This document shows, in pieces, positions 10,851-18,535 of a stretch of DNA of 64,000 nt (positions within the stretch are counted from its first letter, which is position 1; each line of letters begins with the position of its first letter). Source of the DNA: Candidatus Desulfobia pelagia (GTDB taxonomy: Bacteria; Desulfobacterota; Desulfobulbia; Desulfobulbales; SURF-16); assembly GCA_014382295.1 (NCBI GenBank), contig JACNJZ010000171.1:37027-101026 (forward strand), in the 5' to 3' direction. Under the pieces are notes generated by a model. It did not search any database, was not told the origin of the DNA, and was given only the letters and a program-made list of their open reading frames with translations. The position numbers and the translations under genes are program-made.

Positions 10851-13112
10851 CTAAAAACCTTTAAATGGATTTGGTCCAAGTGCAAGAATCTCTTCAACGA
10901 ACTCATCCAGAATAGCAGGAACCGTATCGTAATCGGTAATAGCGATCTGCTTCATGGCACAACGCTCCGGCTCAAGACCGAGCTGGCCAAGGGTTTCACC
11001 AATATTATCCATACGTTTATTGGCAATTTCACTGCCTTTGACAAAATGGCACTGGTAATCATCGCCGTATTTACAACCGAGAAGAATTGCACCGTCCATA
11101 CCCGAAGACATGGCATCTTTAATCCAGGACATATTGACTGAACCGAGACAACGAACCGGAATAAATCGAATCAGGCTGTTCAGTGAATGTTTTCTCATAG
11201 CTGCCATATCAAGGGCAGGCATGGCGTCATTTTCACAGACCAGGGCAAGGATACGAAGTTTATCCTCATCATCATCAGGAACCTCGACGGCCTTGATCAT
11301 GGATCCAATCATGTCAACATTATAATCCTTGAAACCGATAATTCGCTCAGGACAGGCACCCATACAGGTACCGCAACGCCGGCAGCGAGTTGGATTCGGT
11401 TTTGGTGTACCTTTTTCATCATCATCAATGGCGCCAAACGGACATTCCTCTGTACACCGTTTACACTGTGTACAACGCTGCATGAAGAATTCCGGGTATG
11501 TGAGATCACCGGAGCGGGGATGAACTGCAACGCCGCGATCAGCAGACTCCAGCGCCTGGATTGCTTTTAAGGCTGCACCGGTTGCATCATCAACGGCTTC
11601 ATCCATGGGCATTGCCTTACGGACACCACCACAGGTATAGACACCTGTTCTTCTTGTCTCATAAGGGAAACAGATAAAGTGCGAATCCGCATATCCGTCA
11701 AAGAGGTCGAGATCAAGAAAACCTGGACCCTGACGATATGCAAGGTTGATTGTTGCAGCCGTTTTGGTTGTTGGTACCATACCAGCGGCAAGAACAACAA
11801 GATCGACATCCAGATCCAGATCTTCTCCTAACAGCGTGTCTTTAGCTGTAACTGTACAGCCTGCACCGGCAGCTTCAACCTTGGTGACAGTTGCTTTGGT
11901 AAAGAAGATACCGTCATCCTGCTGGATACCTTTGTAGAACATCTCCATATTGCCGGGAGTTCTCATATGCTGATAAAGGACATATGCTTTGGCATCGGCA
12001 TTGTTTTCGCGAACGTATTTAGCCTGCTTGAGAGCAACCATGGATGTTACAGAGTTGGCATAAGGGAAATCCTGATCATGCTCTTCGCCACCGGGGCTCA
12101 TAACAAAAGCAACAGAATTTACACCGGCAAGCTTGCCTTCTTTAGCCATTTTTTCAAACTCGGCATTGGTGACAACCTTATCATTATCAGTATAACCCAG
12201 ATGCTCGTACTCAGAAACATCGGCAGGGACCCAGCCAGTGGCCAGGATAACAGAACCAATCTTCAGGCCATCTGGATTGTCTGCCATATAATGTTTAAAA
12301 TTGGCATTGGGATCTTCCATCTGACCCTTGTCAATTTTGTCCTGCGTATCAACACCAACTTTGAAAGGTGCATCCCATTCGCTGTCTGTTCCTGCTGCTT
12401 TCAAGGTTGCATTAAAGTCACCAGGCGATCCGGAGATACGGGCAACTTCAGTTGCAGTTTTCACAGTAATATTAGCATCACCCTCCACTTCGGCGACAAG
12501 TGCACCAATAGTCGGTTCTTCAAGATCTTCGTAAGGGGCCTTGGTAGGGAACATTTTGACCCATCCAAGGGCTTTGCCGCCGAGAACATCAGCTTTCTCG
12601 ACTAGAGTAACTTTGTAACCAGCCTTGGAGGCCTCTCTTGCTGCTGTCAAACCAGCAAGACCGCCACCCATGACAAGGATCTCTCTGCTAGTTGTCTCAA
12701 GCTTATATGGTTCAGGCAACTCGGTTTTCTTGGCCTGGACACATGCTATACGCACATAGTCTGCACCCATTTCATTGGTATACTCGTCGATGGTTTCCTG
12801 GGATTTTGCTTCAGTAGGCTGCTCTTTACACCAGGCGGCCTGCTCGCGGATATTACCGCGAACGGTAATAGTATCATCTCCGAAGTTAAACTCGTCCTGC
12901 ATTACCCTTCTGGAACATGCACAAACGATAAAAGTATTTACACCTTCGCTCTTGTCAGCCTCGATCATTTCCCGGCCGGCTGCGGAACAGAGGGCTTCAT
13001 GGGTTTTTGCTTCCATGCCATGCTCGCTGGCGGCTCCGGTTAAGGCTTCAATATCCAGGGCATCTCCAATTCCGCACCCTGTACATATATAGGCTCCGTA
13101 TTTCTTATCCAT
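10851..13112 (-). CDS. qmoB: Quinone-interacting membrane-bound oxidoreductase subunit B (HdrA-like flavoprotein with FeS and MvhD-like domains)
   Basis: 753 aa. Dinucleotide fold VMGGGLAGLTAA, ferredoxin motifs CTQCKRCTEECP and CRRCGTCMGACP. Lies between qmoA and qmoC downstream of aprBA. Confidence 0.9.
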   Translation of the reverse strand: MDKKYGAYICTGCGIGDALDIEALTGAASEHGMEAKTHEALCSAAGREMIEADKSEGVNTFIVCACSRRVMQDEFNFGDDTITVRGNIREQAAWCKEQPTEAKSQETIDEYTNEMGADYVRIACVQAKKTELPEPYKLETTSREILVMGGGLAGLTAAREASKAGYKVTLVEKADVLGGKALGWVKMFPTKAPYEDLEEPTIGALVAEVEGDANITVKTATEVARISGSPGDFNATLKAAGTDSEWDAPFKVGVDTQDKIDKGQMEDPNANFKHYMADNPDGLKIGSVILATGWVPADVSEYEHLGYTDNDKVVTNAEFEKMAKEGKLAGVNSVAFVMSPGGEEHDQDFPYANSVTSMVALKQAKYVRENNADAKAYVLYQHMRTPGNMEMFYKGIQQDDGIFFTKATVTKVEAAGAGCTVTAKDTLLGEDLDLDVDLVVLAAGMVPTTKTAATINLAYRQGPGFLDLDLFDGYADSHFICFPYETRRTGVYTCGGVRKAMPMDEAVDDATGAALKAIQALESADRGVAVHPRSGDLTYPEFFMQRCTQCKRCTEECPFGAIDDDEKGTPKPNPTRCRRCGTCMGACPERIIGFKDYNVDMIGSMIKAVEVPDDDEDKLRILALVCENDAMPALDMAAMRKHSLNSLIRFIPVRCLGSVNMSWIKDAMSSGMDGAILLGCKYGDDYQCHFVKGSEIANKRMDNIGETLGQLGLEPERCAMKQIAITDYDTVPAILDEFVEEILALGPNPFKGF

Positions 13113-13123
13113 TGATCCTCCTC

Positions 13124-14374
13124 CTACTTACCAGCTTGGATTGCTTTTAAAGCTGCGGCAGTGGCACTTTGAGCGCTGGTTACAACGTCAGCGGCTTTCT
13201 TTGCACAACCAGCAGAAATCATTCCTGTCGCAGGGTTACTGACGACAAAACCATTACTGTCAATATCAAGACCAAGGCCTGCGGCCTGAGACTTGATTGC
13301 AGGTTCCATACCTGTGGCAAGAACAGCCATATCAACCTTCTGCTGTACTTTCTCACCAGTAACTGCATTCTCAGCCACAACAGTGACACCATCGCTTTCA
13401 GGAATAATGTCAGCCACTTTACCCTTAATAAAATGAGTATTTGGGTCAGACATTAATTTCTCACGGAATTTCTCATACTTACCAGGGGTACGCAGATCAA
13501 TATAAAAGACATAAATCGGAGCTTCAGGATATCGCTCACGAATATAGGTAATCTGTTTCATACTTGCCATACAGCAGATATAGGAACAGTACTCGAGATG
13601 ATTTTCATCACGGGAACCTGCACACTGTACAAAAGCAAAACTCTCAGGCTCTTTGTCATCTCCGGGACGAAGGATTTTACCAGCAGTGGGACCATTAGGT
13701 GCCGCCAGTCTCTCCATCTCCATGTTGGTTATAATGGCGTTGCTTTCATTATATTTCAGGTTATCCAGCTTGGTTGGATCATACGGATTCCAGCCTGTGG
13801 CCCAAATAATGGAATCGACATTAACTGTAAACTCCTTGGCCTCCATATCAGTATCAATGGCATCATATTTACAGGCAGCCTTGATTTTATCGAGGGTATC
13901 AGCACTGCAGGCATTCTTGTCAAGAACGTATTTCATAGGAAATGACATTTCATGGGGACGATAAATAGCCTTGGTTTTTCCCATTCCAAAGTTGAAATCA
14001 TCATCACGCTCTTCAACACATACCTCTGTACAGGCATCACAGCCGGTACAATTGTTGTTTACGTATCTTGGACTGGTTACACAGGTAACCTCGTAACTCC
14101 CCGCTGACCCGGAAACAGATTTAACTTCAGTCATCGTATACATCCGGATTTTCCGGTTGTCCTTAATGCGTTTGAAGTTAATTTCCAGTCCACACGATGG
14201 GGGACAGAGTTTTGGAAAATACTGGTTAAGCTGGGCAACCCGGCCGCCCATGGAAGGTTTTTTCTCTATGAGGAAAACATCCTTACCAACTTCTGCGGCT
14301 TCCAGGGCAGCAGTTAAACCGCTGATACCACCACCAACGACCAGAACTGCTCCATTTGCAATCTGTTCTGACAT
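13124..14374 (-). CDS. qmoA: Quinone-interacting membrane-bound oxidoreductase subunit A (HdrA-like flavoprotein)
   Basis: 416 aa. LVVGGGISGLTAALEAAE FAD fold and an HdrA-type Cys cluster (CPPSCGLE...CTGCDACTEVC). First gene after aprA. Confidence 0.9.
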   Translation of the reverse strand: MSEQIANGAVLVVGGGISGLTAALEAAEVGKDVFLIEKKPSMGGRVAQLNQYFPKLCPPSCGLEINFKRIKDNRKIRMYTMTEVKSVSGSAGSYEVTCVTSPRYVNNNCTGCDACTEVCVEERDDDFNFGMGKTKAIYRPHEMSFPMKYVLDKNACSADTLDKIKAACKYDAIDTDMEAKEFTVNVDSIIWATGWNPYDPTKLDNLKYNESNAIITNMEMERLAAPNGPTAGKILRPGDDKEPESFAFVQCAGSRDENHLEYCSYICCMASMKQITYIRERYPEAPIYVFYIDLRTPGKYEKFREKLMSDPNTHFIKGKVADIIPESDGVTVVAENAVTGEKVQQKVDMAVLATGMEPAIKSQAAGLGLDIDSNGFVVSNPATGMISAGCAKKAADVVTSAQSATAAALKAIQAGK

Positions 14375-14440
14375 GCCACTCCTCCTTAGTAGGAATTAAA
14401 ATTGTGTAGTTATATCTTTCAGTTAATTAGGTTTCTTCTT

Positions 14441-14519
14441 TATATATTACGAATAACGAATTAATTTTAACCGCTGAATCAGCGTGCATTTTCAACAAAT
14501 TCGCTATTCGTAATATATA
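14441..14519. repeat. 22-bp inverted repeat with a nested 13-bp palindrome in the aprA-qmoA spacer
   Basis: TATATATTACGAATAACGAATT (14441-14462) against AATTCGCTATTCGTAATATATA (14498-14519), 21/22 complementary. The near-concentric inner palindrome CGCTGAATCAGCG is at 14472-14484. Confidence 0.7.
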
Positions 14520-14604
14520 ATTGATATGTAATTGGTCTTTGCATTTACCAGAAACTTTCTCACAACGCAAGAGAACTGATAGCCAGATCTTTTTTCTCCC
14601 TACA

Positions 14605-14648
14605 TAGAAAAAATCTCCAGGTACCCTCATTCAGGCACCTGGAGATTT
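14605..14648 (-). terminator. Intrinsic terminator downstream of aprA
   Basis: Perfect 12-bp stem AAATCTCCAGGT (14611-14622) / ACCTGGAGATTT (14637-14648) with a 14-nt loop. On the minus strand the 3' arm runs into TTTTTTCTATG. It begins 33 nt after the aprA stop. Confidence 0.6.
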
Positions 14649-14680
14649 ATCAGGCTAAAAGATAATTGAGTGGAATCGAC

Positions 14681-16699
14681 TTAGATCCAAGGATCGGTCT
14701 CAACAATATTGATACACTCAACTTTCTCACACTTCCATTCCTCTGTTTTAGGATCGAAAGTAGAGTTAACAAAGCACTTCCAGTTTTCATCATCAACGGT
14801 CGGGAAGTCTGACCGGTAGTAGAAGCCTGGGTAACGACTTTCCTTACGGAACTCAATGTGGCGAATATGAGACTCAACACACCAGATACGGTGATAGTTC
14901 TCCCAAGCGCGCATAAGTTCATGCAGGTCACCGGCAGCCATCTTCATTGCGTCTTCACGGAGAAGACGAAGAAGATCGAGGCAGATTCCCAGAAGTTTAC
15001 CGGAAGTCATGTAGTAAGTAGCAACACCACCACCGTACTCATCTGTGGCTTTCATGAGACGCATCATGAGACCAGCAGGTTTGCAGTAGTTGGGGTTAAC
15101 ATTCTCTGCTGTAGATGCACCAACAAACTCATGGTAGCGTTTAACCGGAGCATAAATCTCGTCAGCAAGCTCCTGAGAAGTCTGAGCAAGCTCTGGTTTG
15201 AAATCTGCGTTATCACGGCAAAATTTAACCATCTGCTTAGCACAGGCACGACCTTCATAGTGAGCGCCGGAAGAAAATTTATGACCGGAAGCACCAACAC
15301 CATCACCAGCGGTGAAGAGACCGTCAACAGTAGTCATACGGTTATAGCCCCATTTGTACTTGTGAGCACGGGACTCATTGGCTACATCTGGTACCCAATC
15401 TTCGTCTGGACCGGAAACCCAGATACCACAACAACCAGAATGAGAACCAAGCATATAGGGTTCGGTCGGCATAATCTCGGAACCTACTTTCTCAGGCTCG
15501 ATATTCGCACCAGCCCAGAGGCCAGCCTGACCAACAGACATGTCAAGGAAATCTTCCCACGCTTCAGACTCGAGATGTTTCCAGAATTTCTTAACACCTT
15601 TCTCATCCATGCCAGCAGCACGACGATCATCAAGGAAAGCGTTCAGGGCAACATCGGTAGCCATATAGATGGGACCGCGGCCAGCTTTCAGCTCATTGAT
15701 CATCAAGTGGTTACGCAGACAGGTAGGAGTAACTGCAGAAGCACCATAAGGCATGAATTTGCCAAGCTCGTCCTTAACTGAATCGGAGTTTGCATAGAAC
15801 TCACCGAGACCATTCTGAACTTTTGCTTTGAAAAGAAGGAACCATGCACCAACAGGTCCGTAACCATCTTTGAAACGGGCCGGGGTGAAGCGATTTTCCA
15901 TCATAGTCAGTGTAGCACCAACCTGAGCACACATGGTGTAGGTAGAACCGGCATTCCATACTGGATACCAGGCGCGACCTTTACCCTCACCAGTAGAACG
16001 CGGACGGAAAATATTTACAGCGCCACCGCATGCAACCATTGCTGTTTTGCATTTGAAAACATGAACACAGTTTTCACGTGTAGAGAAACCAACCGCACCA
16101 GCAATCTGATTTTCTTTGTTTTTGTCGAGCAGCATTCTCACGATGAAAATACGCTCCATGATGTTGTCTTCACCAAGAGCAGTTTTTGCAGGCTCTGCAA
16201 CAATACGCTTGTAAGACTCACCATTGATCATGATCTGCCATTTACCGGTACGAACCGGGGTGCCGCCTTCACGCAGTGAAGGAGCAGGCTTGGCGCCATC
16301 AAGGTTTTCGCCGTCTGCATCTTTTTTCCAGATGGGCAGTCCCCATTCTTCGAAAAGCTTAACAGACTCATCAACGTGACGACCGAGGTCATAAATAAGG
16401 TCTTCGCGAACAACGCCCATAAGGTCATTACGAACCATTTTTACGTAGTTTTCGATTGGGTTTTCGCCGATGTAGGTGTTGATAGCTGAAAGACCCTGGG
16501 CAACAGCACCGGAACGCTCCATAGCTGCTTTGTCTACCAGGATAATTTTCATATCATCCGGACACCATTTTTTGATCTCGAAAGCGGTACCACAAGCTGC
16601 CATACCACCGCCAACAATCAGAACATCGCACTCATGCTCCTTGATTTCCGGATTAGGATCAGCATTCAGCTCACCAAGTGGTTTATTAGGTAATGCCAT
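14681..16699 (-). CDS. aprA: Adenylylsulfate (APS) reductase alpha subunit
   Basis: 672-aa flavoprotein with an N-terminal FAD fold (CDVLIVGGGMAACGTAFE). Length and sequence are typical of AprA. Follows aprB and precedes qmoABC. Confidence 0.96.
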   Translation of the reverse strand: MALPNKPLGELNADPNPEIKEHECDVLIVGGGMAACGTAFEIKKWCPDDMKIILVDKAAMERSGAVAQGLSAINTYIGENPIENYVKMVRNDLMGVVREDLIYDLGRHVDESVKLFEEWGLPIWKKDADGENLDGAKPAPSLREGGTPVRTGKWQIMINGESYKRIVAEPAKTALGEDNIMERIFIVRMLLDKNKENQIAGAVGFSTRENCVHVFKCKTAMVACGGAVNIFRPRSTGEGKGRAWYPVWNAGSTYTMCAQVGATLTMMENRFTPARFKDGYGPVGAWFLLFKAKVQNGLGEFYANSDSVKDELGKFMPYGASAVTPTCLRNHLMINELKAGRGPIYMATDVALNAFLDDRRAAGMDEKGVKKFWKHLESEAWEDFLDMSVGQAGLWAGANIEPEKVGSEIMPTEPYMLGSHSGCCGIWVSGPDEDWVPDVANESRAHKYKWGYNRMTTVDGLFTAGDGVGASGHKFSSGAHYEGRACAKQMVKFCRDNADFKPELAQTSQELADEIYAPVKRYHEFVGASTAENVNPNYCKPAGLMMRLMKATDEYGGGVATYYMTSGKLLGICLDLLRLLREDAMKMAAGDLHELMRAWENYHRIWCVESHIRHIEFRKESRYPGFYYRSDFPTVDDENWKCFVNSTFDPKTEEWKCEKVECINIVETDPWI

Positions 16700-16766
16700 A
16701 TTTGATTCTCCTTAAAATTCTTTAATAGTAATAATTGAATTCTTCTGTCAATAAACTTAAACAGAC

Positions 16767-17183
16767 TTACTTAGGTGTTGGAAGATTGGACTCGAGAAGC
16801 AGACACTCATCGTCAAGGTTTGCACCTTTATCTCCAACATAGGCATTAGCAGCACCTTCAGCGGTAGTCCGAATCGGGAACTTGAAGCGCTTGATGTTGC
16901 CATTACGGAACTTGATAGTCCACATAATGTCATTTGTACCCATCATTGGGTGAACCTGGCCGCCCATAGGTACAAAGTCATCATAGCCGCGAACCATGAT
17001 AGCACCCTGTGGACAGATCTTTACGCAGGAGTAACACTCCCAGCATGCATCGGGTTCCTGATTGTATGCTTTCATCTCCTCTTTGTTCAAGACCATAAGG
17101 TCATTGGGGCAGATGTACATACAGGCAGTCTTATCGCCACCCTTGCAACCATCACATTTGGAAGGATCTACGAAGCTTGGCAT
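16767..17183 (-). CDS. aprB: Adenylylsulfate (APS) reductase beta subunit
   Basis: 138 aa. MPSFVDPSKCDGCKG...ACMYICPNDLM and CWECYSCVKICPQGAI (2x[4Fe-4S]), with the typical AprB C-terminal tail. Confidence 0.95.
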   Translation of the reverse strand: MPSFVDPSKCDGCKGGDKTACMYICPNDLMVLNKEEMKAYNQEPDACWECYSCVKICPQGAIMVRGYDDFVPMGGQVHPMMGTNDIMWTIKFRNGNIKRFKFPIRTTAEGAANAYVGDKGANLDDECLLLESNLPTPK

Positions 17184-17213
17184 TAATTTACCTCCTCATT
17201 AAATTGAACTGTT

Positions 17214-17236
17214 TGATTTCACGACATGTGAAATCA
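17214..17236 (-). promoter_or_regulatory. Perfect 9-5-9 palindrome in the aprB 5' leader
   Basis: TGATTTCAC-GACAT-GTGAAATCA, 31-53 nt upstream of the aprB ATG (17183). Could be an RNA hairpin or an operator. A second 8-4-8 palindrome, AAATGAGT-CCTC-ACTCATTT, lies at 17294-17313. Confidence 0.4.
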
Positions 17237-17327
17237 CCTTGTTTTTTAGTCTTTTATTAACCAAATCCATAAGTTAATGGATATTAACGCACAAAATGAG
17301 TCCTCACTCATTTATAAACGAAAATTT

Positions 17328-17356
17328 TCTATAAAATTTCGACCACTAAATGTCAA
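17328..17356 (-). promoter_or_regulatory. Sigma70-type promoter candidate for aprBA
   Basis: The minus strand reads TTGACA (17356-17351), a 17-nt spacer, then TATAGA (17333-17328). This predicts a leader of about 140 nt that contains both palindromes. Confidence 0.45.
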
Positions 17357-17565
17357 GGAAAAAAGACAAATAAAAAGGAATACACAAGGCAATTTTCCGC
17401 CTTTATTACTTTTTCAATTTGACAATGGCGGGAGTGGATGATTACTGTGGTTCTATTCTTCTTAAAAAGGCTCTTTTGCCACAACATAAAACTGTTTCGC
17501 AATCACATTCGCTTTTCTTAAATGAATACTTACCGAAACGAAAAATCATATAATAAAGGATAGTT

Positions 17566-18489
17566 ATGGCCGACAAAAACAAAACCCTGTTCGGGTTTGA
17601 CACCAATCCCACCAGCATTATTCCCAAAAAATACACCCTGGACAGCAAGATCCACTTCCGTTGCCATCCTGGAGTCTCCTGCTTTACAGCCTGCTGTGGC
17701 CACATAGATATTATTCTGACCCCTTTTGATATCCTTCGCCTTCGCAAACACGTGAACCTTTCTGCCGATGAATTCCTCCTCAGATTTACTACACCAACCT
17801 ATGTAGAAAAAACCGACCTGCCCGGTGTTAAAATCCATCTGGACAAAGACGGTCGCTGTCCCTTTGTTACCGATGAAGGATGCACCATCTATTCTGAACG
17901 TCCCTCTGCCTGTCGATATTACCCCATAGGCATGGCAAACTTTCACGAAGGCGGCCAGGAGGGAATCCAATCTGAAAAATTCTTTTTCATTGTAAAGGAA
18001 GATCACTGCAAGGGTCATGAAGAAGAGACTGAATGGACTATTAAAGAGTGGCGGGCTGATCAGGGAGTCGATCTCTGCGACCAAATGAACAAAGAGTGGC
18101 TTGAAATCGTCATGCGGCGCAGATCCTTTGGTCAGCAAGCCTCCATGAGCGAGCAAGCCCAGAAAATGTTCTTCATGGCAAGTACGGATACAGATAAATT
18201 CCGGAACTTTGTCTTCAACAGCTCTTTCCTTGACACATACGATGTTGACCAGGAAACACTAGACAAAATAAAAGAAGACGACATCGAAATGATGCTTTTC
18301 TCCTTCCGCTATCTCGCCTCTGCTCTCTTTGGCACCCAGGATCTCCAAATCAAAGAGGAAAAAATAAAAGAAAGAGTGTCCCAGATAGATGACAAAAAAG
18401 CATCCGCCGAAGTGAAGGCCGAAGAAACCTATAAGGAATTACTCGACCAACGTGACATGCTGGCAGAGTCATTGAAAAACAATAAGTAA
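17566..18489 (+). CDS. YkgJ/UPF0153-type Cys-cluster (CxxCxxCC-like) protein with a long C-terminal extension
   Basis: 307 aa with an SD (AAAGGA) 6 nt upstream. N-terminal CHPGVSCFTACCG, then DGRCPFVTDEGCTIYSERPSACRYYP, matching the putative Zn/Fe-chelating YkgJ pattern. Divergent from aprBA. Confidence 0.7.
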   Translation: MADKNKTLFGFDTNPTSIIPKKYTLDSKIHFRCHPGVSCFTACCGHIDIILTPFDILRLRKHVNLSADEFLLRFTTPTYVEKTDLPGVKIHLDKDGRCPFVTDEGCTIYSERPSACRYYPIGMANFHEGGQEGIQSEKFFFIVKEDHCKGHEEETEWTIKEWRADQGVDLCDQMNKEWLEIVMRRRSFGQQASMSEQAQKMFFMASTDTDKFRNFVFNSSFLDTYDVDQETLDKIKEDDIEMMLFSFRYLASALFGTQDLQIKEEKIKERVSQIDDKKASAEVKAEETYKELLDQRDMLAESLKNNK

Positions 18490-18535
18490 GTCCCCGGTAC
18501 TGATCGGTACCTAAAGGTAACTTTGAAAAGGTACC

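Noticed and set aside
14427-14630. 67-aa ORF in the aprA-qmoA spacer
   Set aside because: It has no SD. It spans both arms of the 22-bp inverted repeat and runs into the aprA terminator. Composition reflects AT-rich non-coding DNA.
17214-17236. Possible Rex operator upstream of aprB
   Set aside because: The canonical Rex site is TTGTGAA-N4-TTCACAA (GTGAA before TTCAC). Here the half-sites are in the opposite order (TTTCAC-N5-GTGAAA). It is kept only as a generic palindrome, not called as a Rex site.
17530-18156. 208-aa minus-strand ORF antisense to the YkgJ-like gene (and the 101-aa ORF at 17442-17747)
   Set aside because: The plus-strand gene has an SD and a conserved Cys pattern. The antisense frames lack an SD and motifs and would run through the aprBA/YkgJ control region.
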